Source: an uncultured delta proteobacterium (lineage in GTDB: Bacteria > Desulfobacterota > BSN033 > UBA1163). From it: a stretch of 64,000 nt of DNA. A program made the position numbers and the translations under genes. Positions 31,537-43,103 of this stretch are shown here, piece after piece (positions within the stretch are counted from its first letter, which is position 1; every line of letters starts with the position of its first letter). The notes beneath the pieces were generated by a model. That model saw only the letters and a program-made list of their open reading frames with translations, did no database searches and had not been told where the DNA came from. The stretch covers positions 224,001 through 288,000 of the forward strand of contig CAVPSJ010000017.1 in the NCBI GenBank assembly GCA_963708295.1, in the 5' to 3' direction.

Positions 31537-32698
31537 ATGAAAGACGACAAGATGTTTCAGGAACGAAGGGCTCGGATCAATGAGCTTCGGGCCAAGAATG
31601 AGCGGATGACCTGCCGGGAAAGGGCCCTGATGGGCGTCAAGACATCAGGAACCCGACCGGGTCCCGATCGACAACTGGATGGTCCCGGAGATCCAGAAGA
31701 AGACGATGGAGTACTTCGGTTGCGACAACTATGAGGAACTGCTCGACTTCCTGGGGGTCGACTTCCGCAACAACTACGGGCCGAGCTATGTGGGTCAATC
31801 GTTCAAAAAGCATCCCGACGGAACGGTCGAGGACCTCTGGGGGGTCAAACGCAAGACCGTGGTCTACGGAAAGGGGACATCCCACCAGGGAAGCTACTCC
31901 GAGGTTGCCGAGTCGCCCCTCGAAAAAATGAAAACGCTGGAAGAAATCGAAAAATACGACCACTGGGCCAGTCCCGACTGGTGGGATTATTCGAAGGTCA
32001 AGGCCGATTGCATGGTCTATCATCCCAAATACTGCGTCATCAACGTGGGCGACCGGCTGGACCGCACGTCCCAGCTCAAGCCGATGATGTACCTGCGGGG
32101 CATCCAGCAGATCTTCGTCGACATGGTGATGAACCCCAAGATCGTTGAGTACATCCGCGATCACATCATCAACTACTTCGTCGAATACAATCACCGCGTC
32201 TTCAAGGCGGTCGAGGGTGAAATCGACATCTTCATGATGGGCGACGACATCGGCGCCCAGACCGGCCCACTGCTCAGCCTCGACATGTGGAGAAAGTACT
32301 TCAAAAAGGCCTTCAAGACCTACATCGATATCGCCCACCAGTACAAGATCCCGGTCATGTACCACACCTGCGGAGACGTCAAGCAGTTCATCCCGGACTT
32401 CATCGAGTGCGGCCTCGACATCCTGCAGTCCCTCCAGCCCAAGGCCACCAATATGGATATCAAGAAACTGAAACAGGAATTCGGCAAAGACATCACCTTC
32501 CAGGGCGGAATGGACATCCAGCACGTCCTTCCGCTGGGCAAACCCGAGGATGTCAAGGCCATGGCGAAGTACGCCCTGGATTCGGCCAAGAAAGGAGGCG
32601 GCTACATCATCTGCACGGCCCACAATATCCAGATCGACACCCCGATCGAGAACGTGGTGGCCCTCTTCGAGGCCTACCACGAGTATGGAAAATATTGA
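31537..32698 (+). CDS. Uroporphyrinogen decarboxylase-like (MtbA/CmuA) methyltransferase, frameshift near 31640
   Basis: MTCRERA...PDRVP; GDDIGAQ; YHTCG; GGMDIQ; GGYII..AHNIQ. Confidence 0.85.
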
Positions 32699-32746
32699 AG
32701 GCCCTCACCGTCCCCTCTCCTGACGGGGAGAGGAGAGGGGAGATTC

Positions 32747-33533
32747 ATGCTAGATCATCGGCGAAAAGATCAATACTTCCATCAAAGACGTAAAGGAGGC
32801 CATTCTCCAGAGAAAGGAATCCTTCATTGAGACTCTGGCCAAGAATCAAAAGACTGGGTGGGGCCGATTATCTGGAGGTGAATTCCGGGCTTCGCGTCAA
32901 CCCTGAGGAAGAGGCCGGGGATCTCGACTGGCTGGTTCCCCTTATTCAAAAGGCTACAGACCTTCCCCTCTGCATTGACTCCGCCTCGGCCTCGTCCTCG
33001 AGAAGGCGCTGAAGCTGCATCAGGGGAAGGCGATCGTCAATTCGATGAACGGAGATCCGGCGATGGGGAGAGATTTTTCCTTTGGTAAAACAGTATGGAT
33101 GCAACCTGATTGCCCTCCCATCCGAGCGGAAGGGAATCCCGCCCAGCGAGGGACGGATCAGGATCGCGGAGCGGATCATCGACGGAGTTGCAAGGAAGGG
33201 ATCGCCCAGAACCGTATTTATTTCGATCCTCTGGTGATTCCCCTCTCCTCCGACACCAAGAACGGCCTTGTTCTTGGAAACCCTTAAAGAAATAAACGCT
33301 GCTTCCGGAGGCAAAGACGGTTTCGGGTCTCAGCAATATTTCGTTCGGACTTCCCAAGCGGAGCTGATCAACCAGTCCTTTCTCGTACTGGCCCTGGGGG
33401 CGGGATGGACGCGGCGATCTCAAGCCCCCGGATAAGACCCTCATGGCCCGATGAACAGTACGGAGGCCTTCTCAGCAAGGACACCTTTTGCGCCAAGTAT
33501 ATTGAGGCCTTCAGGAGCGGAAAATTAGGATAG
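32747..33533 (+). pseudogene. Methyltetrahydrofolate:corrinoid methyltransferase (AcsE/MetH pterin-binding domain), multiple frameshifts
   Basis: Fragments IIGEKIN, GADYLEVN, LPLCIDS, IVNSMNG, IYFDPLV.P, GLSNISFGLP spread over frames. Confidence 0.8.
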
Positions 33534-33610
33534 AGCATAAACTGTTCCAAAAAATCTAAATTTGAGGAGGGAGCATATTGACCGAGATTATTTATCAAAG
33601 GAGGTGTTTT

Positions 33611-34083
33611 ATGAGAAAGACTATGTTCATGGTCATATTAGTACTGGCTTGGGTTGGTATGGTTTTGGTTGCGATCCCATCCCAATCAGCAGACTTGAAG
33701 GAGGTGGCCTGGTTCAGGCAAAGGACGTAAAGGGGGAGGCCAAGGGCAAGCTTATCATTAATACCGCCAACGGCACCGACCTCGAAATCCAGATCACCGG
33801 ACTGGACCCCAAGGGCCTCTATACCGCCTTCTTCGTCAATGTCAAAAGTCAGATGTTCGAAGGCATCGGCCCGGCGCCCCACACTCTCAAGGTCAATGAG
33901 AAGGGGGAGGCGGATTTCAAGGGGACCATGAAGAAGGACATCTACAAACGCTTCGTGGCAGTGGGTATCTATCTCAACCCGGCGGGCAAGCCCATCGGCA
34001 ACCCGGTGGGAGTCAAGGCCGCATTGGGGCCTCTGGTCGCAACGGAAAAACCCAAGCTGATCCTGGAGGGTAAACTCAGATAA
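33611..34083 (+). CDS. Exported hypothetical protein, frameshift near 33705
   Basis: RBS ggaggtg; signal peptide MRKTMFMVILVLAW in one frame, body in another. Confidence 0.6.
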
Positions 34084-34151
34084 ACCCGTGACGGGATTGG
34101 CAGAGAGGGGTTCTAAACAACCATAACCATCAAGGATAAGGAGGAGGGATT

Positions 34152-35509
34152 ATGAGCACATTGACGGCATACGATGCCAGTAAAATGACCAAGCCGGACA
34201 TCCTTTCCGCTTGGAAAAGCTGGCAGGTCAGGACCTTCGTCACCATATGGATCACCTACGGTACATTCTACCTGTGCCGCGCCAACATGTCGTTCGCCCT
34301 GCCCGGTCTGAAGACGGAGTTCGGCTATTCCAACACCCTGCTGGGACTTCTGGGCACGTGCCTGTTCATCATGTATTCTATAGGCCAATTCATCAATGGC
34401 CAGTTGGGAGACAAGTACGGGGCCCGCAAGCTCGTCTTCGTGGGCATGATCGCATCGGCCCTGCTCAACATCATTTTCAGCTTTTCCACCGCCTTCGCCT
34501 TCATGATGGTGGTGTGGGGCTTGAACGGCTACTTCCAGTCCATGGGCTGGTCGCCCCAGGTCAAGACCATGGCCAACTGGTTCACCGTGGCGCAGCGCGG
34601 CAAATGGATGGGGTTGATGGGCTCCTGCTACCAGATAGGAAACGCCTACTCCTGGCTATTGGCCTCCTTTCTGGCGGCGCACTACAGCTGGCGCACCCTC
34701 TTCTGGGTGCCGGCCATTTTGTTACTTATCTCTTCCATCCACTTCGTCATCCGCCTGCGCAACGCACCGGAAGAGATAGGGCTGCCGCCCATCGAGCAGC
34801 TCCGGAAGATTGCCTCGGGCGAAGCCCCCGGGCTGCCCCCGGCCCCGCCTCTGCCCCGGGTGGCAAGGTCAAGGTCACCGAAGACAAGCACATGGGCTTT
34901 GGCTACACCATCAAGGTGTGTCTTACCAATCCACGCATCTGGGGCGTATCCGTCGCCTTCTTCTGCCTGGACATCATCCGCTACGGTTTCTTCTACTGGG
35001 CGCCGGTCTTCCTCATCGAGGTCCAGGGGGCCACGATCTCCAGCGCCGGCCTTTCGGTGGCCGTCCTGCCCATTGCTGGTTCGTGCGGCTCCATCGTATG
35101 TGGCTGGGCCACCGGCAGGTTCTTCCACAACCGCCGGGCCCCGGTAGTCTGCCTCTGTCTCTTCGGCCTGGCCATCTTCTCCTATCTGTTCTACTACGCT
35201 CCGCCGGGAGCGTGGCTTTTGAGCCTGTTCTACCTGGCCCTGATAGGGTTCTTTACTTACGGGGCTCACGTGCTCATGGTGGGGCACGCGGCCCAGGACT
35301 TCGCCGGCCGCAAGGCCGCGGCCTCGGCCGCCGGCTTCATCGACGGCTTCGGCTACATCGGCGCGGCCATGACCGGCATTTTCACCGGCTGGCTGGTGGA
35401 TAACTACAGCTGGACCGCCGGATTTTGGTACTGGATCATCGCGGCCCTGGTAGCCGGTTGTATCATGTTGGCTCTCTGGCGGGTCCCCGTCGTAGAGTTA
35501 GAAGAGTAA
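34152..35509 (+). CDS. MFS transporter, GlpT/UhpC (organophosphate:Pi antiporter) family, frameshift near 34855
   Basis: Y..FYLCR.N, GQLGDK, NGYFQSMGW, IRYGF..W.P, AAGFIDGFGYIG. Confidence 0.88.
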
Positions 35510-35654
35510 GTGTTCGTGCGGAAAGTTTGACCCTTAGCGGACGCAAGATGGGGAGCTCCCTTCTCTTAGCCTGGTTTTGGGCGTGAGGGAGGGGGCCCCT
35601 ATCTTTATGATGCTCTTTGCGAGAAGTAAATGTAAAGCGGTGAATACGGAGGAC

Positions 35655-36150
35655 ATGGCATTCCCCCTCATGAGCTGGCGAGACCTCATACCTAAAACCA
35701 CAATCTCCCAGGAAACCATGGAGGCCCTTGGCCCCGTGTTCATGGGCCAGAGGACTGTTCAGCCGCGGCCAGTACCTTGAGGCCGAGGCCATGTACTGCC
35801 AGGCCCTGGAGAACTTCCCTCCTAAAAGCGGCGGTAGGGTTTTAATTTACAACAAACTGGGTATACTTTACGAAAAAATGGGAAACTCCCGTCAGGCCCT
35901 GGATAGTTACGAGAAAGGCGTGAAGGAGGGGGCGCTCACACCCTTCACCTACCAGCGGATGTGCTGCCTGCATCTGGAGGCCGGCCGCCTGCCCCAGGCC
36001 CTGGACTGTGCCCAACAGGGCATCCAGGTATTGAAAAAGGCCCGCACCAACCTTCCCCAGGAGATCTACTTCTGGTTCGTCTTTCAGAGGCTGAAACGGA
36101 AGATCACCCGCCGCATGCCGCCTTCTCAGCAAAAGATGCATGGTTTTTAA
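35655..36150 (+). CDS. TPR-repeat protein, frameshift near 35745
   Basis: YNKLGILYEKMG....A...YEKG; RBS ggagg before ATG 35655. Confidence 0.7.
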
Positions 36151-36435
36151 ACTTCATCATATTAGGACTCATTGGTTTCCGCGTCTTGGAACCCAGGTCA
36201 TCCTCATTAGGGCCGTGCCCATGGATTTTTGGACAAGGCTGCAGTGTCAGCAGCCGGTTTCATCGACTTCTTCGGCTATATCGTTGCAGGCATGGCAGGT
36301 GTTGTTAGCGGTGTTCTCACGGATAGGATCGGATGGCACGCGGCTTTCTGGTTCTGGATTATCGCTGCCTTTGTCTCTTCAGCGATTTGCGTGGCTCTGT
36401 GGAAGTACAAACCACCGCCAGGGAAATATCTCTAA
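36140..36435 (+). pseudogene. C-terminal fragment of a second GlpT-like MFS transporter
   Basis: SAAGFIDFFGYI.AG..G..SG.LTDRIGW resembles the end of 34152-35509. Confidence 0.75.
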
Positions 36436-36557
36436 GCGTCATCGATATAAATATACACGATGAGGAGGATGTAAAGGGGGAAAAATTTTTCCCCTTTACT
36501 TTTTTGGACGGTGTGATATGGTAATGCCTCAACGTTGGGTTTTAAGGCCGGGTTCGA

Positions 36558-37247
36558 ATGAACGCGATTCGCCAGCTGGAATGCGCCATCGTCAAAGGGA
36601 ACATTAATAGGGCGACGGCCCTCACGGAGAAATGCCTGCAGGAAGGCTATCCTCCTTTGGTCATCATGGAAAAAGGTATCTTAAAGGGAATGGAGGTCGT
36701 TGGTGAAAAATGGAAGACCTATGAATACTTCATCCCGAACGTCCTCGTCTCGGCCATGGCCACGAAACTCTCTCTGAATGCCCTCCATGTCTCCCTGAAG
36801 ACCTTCGGAAATCGGTATAATGGAAAAGCCGTAGCAGGAACCGTCAGGGGAGATGTTCATGACATCGGCAAGAATATTGTCCTCATGTTCATGGATGCTG
36901 CCGGCGTCGAGGTGATCGATCTCGGGATCGATGTCTCTCCCGAGCATTTCATCCGGGCGGTCAGGAAGGAGAAACCCGATCTTCTTCTGCTCTCGTGCCT
37001 CTACACGGTCACGATGCATGCCATGGAGGATACCGTCATCGCTCTCAAGAAAGCAGGGCTGAAGGGAAGGGTGAAAACCATCGTTGGAGGGGCACCCATC
37101 ACCCAGGAGTTCGCTGACAGCATTGGCGCCGACGGGTTTGGAGCGGATGCGGTCGAGGGGGTCAAGAAAGCAAAGGAGCTTCTCAACTATGAGAAGAGCA
37201 ATGGAGAAACCCGGAGTTTCTCCAGTCATTTCGGGAGGGGGCAGTAG
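36558..37247 (+). CDS. Corrinoid (B12-binding) protein
   Basis: GTVRGDVHDIGKNIV (DxHxxG), SCL, IVGGAP. Confidence 0.92.
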   Translation: MNAIRQLECAIVKGNINRATALTEKCLQEGYPPLVIMEKGILKGMEVVGEKWKTYEYFIPNVLVSAMATKLSLNALHVSLKTFGNRYNGKAVAGTVRGDVHDIGKNIVLMFMDAAGVEVIDLGIDVSPEHFIRAVRKEKPDLLLLSCLYTVTMHAMEDTVIALKKAGLKGRVKTIVGGAPITQEFADSIGADGFGADAVEGVKKAKELLNYEKSNGETRSFSSHFGRGQ

Positions 37248-38544
37248 AGTTCCCTCTCCTCCCTCAGAGGAGTATCTTTTTCCAAGAATCATCGACTCTT
37301 TTCAGAAGGCGATGAGATTAAGGGTCCATCTCGTCCCTGTCAATAAAAAGAGAGGAAAGAGGTCTCTCAACGGAGATGGACACCCTTTTTGTAAAATGAT
37401 CCAAAGCTGCCCAACGGGTAGAAAACGCTGCCTCAAAGAGATCAGTCGTGCCGTCCATGTCTCGGCAAAAACGGGGGAGCCGTATATCTTCCAGTGCCAT
37501 GCCGATATGATTGAATTCACCGCAGCCCTCTTGGACGGGGGGGAAAACGTCTCTGCCTTCGTGTGTGGGCCTATTCTGTTGAGGCACCCCGACTCCTTTT
37601 TTGAAAAGGACATGCTCGCCAAGGTTGAGGATCTTTCGCTGAATCCATCTCTTTTGAGGGAGACCGTGGCGGAAATCCCCGTGTTCTCAGAAAGACGGGT
37701 TCAGGCAGCGGCAGACCTCCTTTTTATGATTGCAAACTATTTCAGCCGGATGGACCCCCTGTCCCAGATGCAACAGCACGAGATTGCCAGACAACAAGCC
37801 TCACTGGCTGAAGAACTCATGACGAGCAAGAAGGCGGATTCCGAGGTGAATGAGCTTCCATCAACTCGTTTTCAATTCGAGGGAGAGATCCACAAGGAAA
37901 AAGAGCTGGTTGATCTGATCAAGTTTGGGGACCGGAAGAAGGCAAAGGTTCTACTGGACGAGCTGCTCGGGACAGCCCTCTTCCGAAGCCATGAACACAC
38001 CGGAATTCTGAAGGCCCGGGCGCTCGAGATCATCTTTGTCATTGCCAGGGCGGCCGTCGAGGCAGGAGCAAACCTGGAGGAGATTCTTGGATTCAAGTAT
38101 CAATGTATCCAGAACCTTTCCAGGGACGATTCCCAGGAAGCGTTGTACTACTTTCTCATGAACGCATTCGATCACCTTTTCGAATGCATCTATCAGAATC
38201 GAAACATACAGCATACCAAGATCTTTGCCAGGGCAAAGGAATACATTTGGAGCAACTACAACCAGGACATATCCTTAAAAAGGCTGTCGGAGGCTGTGGG
38301 AATGAGCCCCTATTATCTGAGCCATCTCTTTCGAAAGGAGATGGGCGTCTCCTTCACGGAATATCTGACCTCCGTGAGGATCTCAGTCGCGAAAAGCCTT
38401 CTGAAACAAACGACGAAAACGGTCCTGGACATCTGCCTCGACGTTGGCTATCAGGATCCGAGCCACTTTGCCAAGGTCTTCAAGAAAAAAGAAGGCCTTC
38501 ACCCGACGGAATATCGTAACAGAACACTGGATTCCAGAGTTTGA
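37189..38544 (+). CDS. PocR-sensor AraC-family transcriptional regulator
   Basis: FC..I......C, YIFQCHA; C-terminal AraC HTH (YLSHLFRKE.G, GYQDPSHF.KVFKK). Confidence 0.9.
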   Translation: MRRAMEKPGVSPVISGGGSRVPSPPSEEYLFPRIIDSFQKAMRLRVHLVPVNKKRGKRSLNGDGHPFCKMIQSCPTGRKRCLKEISRAVHVSAKTGEPYIFQCHADMIEFTAALLDGGENVSAFVCGPILLRHPDSFFEKDMLAKVEDLSLNPSLLRETVAEIPVFSERRVQAAADLLFMIANYFSRMDPLSQMQQHEIARQQASLAEELMTSKKADSEVNELPSTRFQFEGEIHKEKELVDLIKFGDRKKAKVLLDELLGTALFRSHEHTGILKARALEIIFVIARAAVEAGANLEEILGFKYQCIQNLSRDDSQEALYYFLMNAFDHLFECIYQNRNIQHTKIFARAKEYIWSNYNQDISLKRLSEAVGMSPYYLSHLFRKEMGVSFTEYLTSVRISVAKSLLKQTTKTVLDICLDVGYQDPSHFAKVFKKKEGLHPTEYRNRTLDSRV

Positions 38545-38620
38545 CCGGCCTTCCATAAACCTCTTACCCTCTTCTCCAGCTTTATCAGCGTCCTTGGTGA
38601 CTTTGATAAATTGACGTTTG

Positions 38621-39250
38621 TTGCTAAAAGGTATAGATTCCAATTGCTGCCCATTACTGATCGATAAGAAGAGACGAAGGGCTTGCGTATTCACAGTCAT
38701 CTGGAGTAAATCACTGCTGTCCAAATTAAGTGGAATTTCCAGGGGGGTAAAGTTGATTTCATTCAGCTATCGGATTAATATTTGCCCTTTTCAACGCCAG
38801 GTTTCACCGCAGAGCCGCAGAGATCGCTGAGGAAGATTTTTCTTCTGCTCCGATCGGCCACCGGCTCAGAGAGCCTATGGCTCGGAGAGGAGACGGCGAT
38901 TGGAGCAGGAACTCCGTCCGTTTGATGGCTGTCGTACTATCATGAGTCTTATCTTTTCTTAGAATTAGAAACCTTTTTATTTGGCGGTATCTCCCCGCCA
39001 AACAAAAAGCCCTTTCTCCGCGTTCTCTGCGGCTCCGCGGTGAAAATGTTATTTTTCCCTTCGAGTCTCCCATCGAACGAGAGCGTCAGGGACTATCCTC
39101 CTGTGCAGCTCACCCTGACGGGCAGGAAGGATTAAAGGCATTTTCAGAAAAGCGAAAACCAAAATTCAACCTCAAATGAATCTTATTTATATTTAGATAG
39201 ATCATTAATAAAGGCAGAAATTCATAATTTTACGGATGTCCCCTTTGTCC
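38621..39250 (+). repeat. Composite direct repeat, right copy (MITE 38802-39045, hydratase fragment 39056-39177)
   Basis: Near-identical to 29606-30088; its 5' part matches 20566-20730. Confidence 0.88.
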
Positions 39251-39313
39251 TTTTCCTAAAAACGAGGTAATCTTTCGTTCTGTTTTTAAATGTCAATATT
39301 TAAGTCTGACCCC

Positions 39314-40073
39314 ACGCTTTCCCTCTAAGGATGCTGAGCCCTGGGGAGATGCGAAGCGTCGTGCCACCGAGTGGTTGGAGGATATACAATGGTTTTTCGC
39401 GGACGAGATGGAGCGGCTAGGCTATGGGCGAAAGACATTTGAGATCGCGAGAGATGAAAGAGGTGAACTTATTTTTCATCAAATTTTAAGCCCTTTACTT
39501 AAAAGAGATTTTAACGGAGATTTTGAATCCAGAAAGGAAAACTGCAAAAAAGTGGCTCAAGACTATAGACTCCAAAAGTCGAACCGTAATGACATTGTCG
39601 TATACATCCATGAGTCATGCTCAATCAGCGGAGGGAAACTTGTCGGCGATGGAGCTAAAAGCACAGGAGGCGATGTGTTTCTTGGTAGTTTACATCTCAA
39701 GCTAGCCATAAGAGAATGGCTGTCAGATAATAGTAAGTTCGATGGTAAATGGATATCTTGGATTAGTTCAGAACCTCTGAAGCGCAAAATGTTAAATAAG
39801 CGGGGCAGCGAAGTAGGAGATGTGAGTGGAGCAGCCTTCGGAATTATGACTCACGAGTTGGCTCATTGCTTTGGACTTCAAGATGAAAGAGATAATAAGA
39901 AAATTGAAAAGGTGAACCTTATGCGTTTGGGTACCGACGAATGCGCGGGTATTTCCGGCCTCATTTGACAAATGGTCGATGTATTATCAGCGAAGAGAGC
40001 GCGAAGATTTTTAACAAGACAGACCTCTTTGCGGTAAGAAGGCTGAAGAGGGATGATCCCGTTGCACGTTAAC
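39314..40073 (+). pseudogene. 5'-truncated zincin-like metallopeptidase
   Basis: FFADEMERLGYGRKTF and HELAHCFGL; frame is open back to the GACCCC motif without a start; likely frameshift near 39940. Confidence 0.6.
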
Positions 40074-40268
40074 CAGCGATACCATCAAAGAGGATGTGGG
40101 GCAGGAGTATTCTCCAAGGAGCAAGCGTAACAAAAACCGCTTGAACAAGCGGTTTTTGTTACGTCCTCGCCCTGATTGTTAGCACCCGGCACTGGACGGT
40201 CGAACCTAAATGATGGTATTATTGGGACAATTTGATCAAAAGAACAAAGCTGTCTTGAGTAAAATATT

Positions 40269-41522
40269 ATGGGGCCTATCCTTATTTTTGACAAATCGGT
40301 ATTAGAAAGTCTCAATCCGGATGAGGCCATGTGGCTTGATAATTTCTTCCTTTCAAATATTACCCCCCTTTTCTTTGTCGAAACACTCGCTGATTTAGAA
40401 AAGGAAGTTCGGAGAGGTCTTACCCCCGAACAGGTAGTCGGGAGTCTGGCTTATAAAACCCCGGAATGGGGAAAACCAAATGTGCATCACCAAGCGCTGG
40501 TTGAAGCAGAATTGAGCGGCGTGGGTTCAATGGACATGGAATACGGTCGGCCGCATATTCCAGGTGGACGGGTTGTAGAATTAGAACACAAGACCGGGGT
40601 CATCTTTCAACCCTCTCCCGAGGAAGAAGCTCTGTCTCGATGGCAGAAATATCAATTTCTGGATCTGGAGCGGCTGCTTGCCAAGGTTTGGAGGCGGGGT
40701 CTTTCAGGAATTAATTTTGATGAAATCTATAGAGTTTATCAGGCATTTTATCCGATAGGTAAGGCGAAAACGTTCGCTGATGTTAAGAAATTCGTTGACT
40801 TTCACATTGCCAGCCCAGACCAGGAGCGTCTTCTTCTGTTTGGGCTTTCCCTTATTGGGGTATCTCCTCAGTTTCAGGCTGAGATCATAAAGAGATGGAG
40901 AAATAACGGGAAGCCAAAAATCAAGGACTTTGCTCCTTACTTTACACACGTTTTTTCCGTGGATTTTTTCTTTAACCTCGCTATTGCATCGGATCTAATC
41001 AGTCGAGGTAGGCCAAGTCATAAGATTGATCTTGCCTACTTGTACTACCTGCCATTTTGTATGGTTTTCACTTCAAACGACAACTTTCACGCTGATATTG
41101 TGCCTTTCTTCTTGCGAGATAATCAGTCCTTCGTTACTGGGACCGACCTGAAGGCAGATTTGGCCAATTTAGATAAATACTACAGCGCCTTTCCTAAAGA
41201 AGTAAAGGAGCGCGGAGTAATGAGTTTCGCGCACCACCCTCCTCACGATAATTCGTTCCTGACTACCCGGCTGTGGGATAAACACATGGCCACAGATTGG
41301 CGTGAAAAACTAACAACCACCCCAAAACCAGAGGGTCAGGCGGGCAAGAAGATTATTGATGAGATACGGCGGTTTGAAAAAGAAGGGATCCCAGTTTCTG
41401 AGCAAGATCGTGTCGGTAGCGATAAAACTGACATCATGTTAATAAAAAGAATGGTCCGAGCAAAAAAGGGAAAATGGACTCTCTTTCCCCTGGAGGTATT
41501 AAAACGACTGGACTCTGATTAG
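40269..41522 (+). CDS. Hypothetical protein (417 aa)
   Basis: Long ORF; N-terminal LIFDKS is only weakly PIN-like; family not recognised. Confidence 0.75.
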   Translation: MGPILIFDKSVLESLNPDEAMWLDNFFLSNITPLFFVETLADLEKEVRRGLTPEQVVGSLAYKTPEWGKPNVHHQALVEAELSGVGSMDMEYGRPHIPGGRVVELEHKTGVIFQPSPEEEALSRWQKYQFLDLERLLAKVWRRGLSGINFDEIYRVYQAFYPIGKAKTFADVKKFVDFHIASPDQERLLLFGLSLIGVSPQFQAEIIKRWRNNGKPKIKDFAPYFTHVFSVDFFFNLAIASDLISRGRPSHKIDLAYLYYLPFCMVFTSNDNFHADIVPFFLRDNQSFVTGTDLKADLANLDKYYSAFPKEVKERGVMSFAHHPPHDNSFLTTRLWDKHMATDWREKLTTTPKPEGQAGKKIIDEIRRFEKEGIPVSEQDRVGSDKTDIMLIKRMVRAKKGKWTLFPLEVLKRLDSD

Positions 41523-41591
41523 GGGGACGTTCGTGCGGGGCATGCCTGAAGATTTTTATATTTCAGCCTTACCTCCCCTGGGAATGCCTCT

Positions 41592-41787
41592 GAGATCGAA
41601 TCTTTATCCTTTCCCTATATTTCACGAAAGTTTCCTTTTCACCCCAGACTTTTCCCCTGAAAACGAAGAAATATCTGCACCGCCACCCTGCGGATTTCTG
41701 ATTGGAATATACATATTTTATGAGAGTTGGTCAACCGAAACTTTCAGAAAAAAAAGAGTCAAAGAAGGTGGGCTGGTTGTTCCACCT
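41592..41787 (-). repeat. Repeat A copy 1 (promoter-bearing)
   Basis: Core gaagaaatatctgcaccgccaccctg...attggaatata...ggtcaaccgaaactttcag. Confidence 0.9.
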
Positions 41788-41924
41788 CCTACTAACCCAC
41801 GCCGTTGGTTTGCGGGGAGAAAACCAATTATTTATTGAAAGCAAAAACAGAGGTTCAGGATGAATAGACAACTTTTGCCTCGCTGTGGAGATACTGCATC
41901 CGTTCTTGCGAAAATGAAAGAAGG

Positions 41925-42957
41925 TTAAAAATCATTGATCGAATCAATAAGACTCCTGAGCCTGCCGAAGTCCTTGCGGTTAAAGTCTATCACAAGTCGC
42001 GGCAGATGAATAACATCCGCATCATCCATTTCAGCTTCCAAAGCCTCGGACGCCGCGATTCTTCCCCCGGGCAGAATGATGTCATGAAACTGATCTGTCA
42101 GCTTCTGGATGTCATCGGGGCCGAGCTGAGATGTGAGCCGGATCACGAGTTGGCCATGCACATACCGCATGCTGTGATAGCGGAAATAGAAATGCTGAAT
42201 CTTCTCCACCGCATCATCCACGGAACATACCCGTTCAAAGAGCGCAAAGTCCGATGGGCCAATATAGTTACGAGCCAGGAGCTCTTCCTCGAAGAGCTTG
42301 ATCAGGTGGGACCAGTAGGAACATTCAGGATCGTCCACGAGCACAAGCGGCATGGGATTGCGTTTGCCGGTTTGTACCAGGGTGAGCGTCTCCATCGCCT
42401 CGTCGAGCGTGCCAAAGCCGCCCGGGAAGAGCGCCACGGCATCCGCTTCTTTAAGGAAGGCAACTTTGCGGTTGAAAAAATATTTGTACGTGATGAGCCG
42501 CGGGTTACCCTCGATCACGGAATTCGGCTTCTCCTCGAACGGCAAGCGGATGTTCACACCGAAGGAATGCTCGGCGCCGGCTCCCTCGTTGACGGCCTGC
42601 ATGATGCCTCTTCCTCCGCCGGTGATGACCATATAACCAGTCTCAGCGAGCTTTTTCCCGAAGAGCTTTGCCATCTCGTAGATCGGATCGCCCGGCTGGG
42701 TGCGCGCCGAGCCGAAGACCGTGACCTTGCGAACATTCCGGTAGGAGCCGAAGACCTTGGAAGTGAACCGCATCTCCTTCAGCGTCGTGTTCATGAGCTT
42801 GAGGTCCGCGCCCTCGTCGTCCTCCTGCCCGGCCTTTGAGTGAGGCGATGATCATTTCGCGGACGTATTTCGGCCTCCGGATGCCCCCGGCGGTCTCCAT
42901 CAATTTCTCGATGATCTCGTCAATGGGACCGTTATTTTTTGTGAAATAAATTTTCAT
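41925..42957 (-). CDS. LOG family (TIGR00730) nucleotide monophosphate nucleosidase, frameshift near 42835
   Basis: VFGSAR, TGGG.GIM, YFFNRK, PGGFGTLDE. Confidence 0.88.
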
Positions 42958-43103
42958 GATTTCTCTGTTATCGTGTAGGTACCTGCTTTGATGATAAGCC
43001 TTTTTTAGTCTTTTTTCGAGAAAGATGATGGATTTTCCCCTCTGAACCGTCTCGCCCACTCCATAAAATGGGGACACATACCACTTTCCTTTTTGAGATC
43101 TCC

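Noticed and set aside
31637-32680. Long antisense ORFs (also 42006-42839, 57070-58155, 34682-35287)
   Set aside because: Shadow frames of GC-rich genes with clear family motifs on the other strand or frame.
41533-41545. GTGCG as the start of a second group II intron
   Set aside because: No domain V/VI downstream.
41533-41838. Short ORFs overlapping repeat A (also 49931, 51616, 53442, 61605)
   Set aside because: Frames and stops are not conserved between copies; these are translations of a non-coding repeat.
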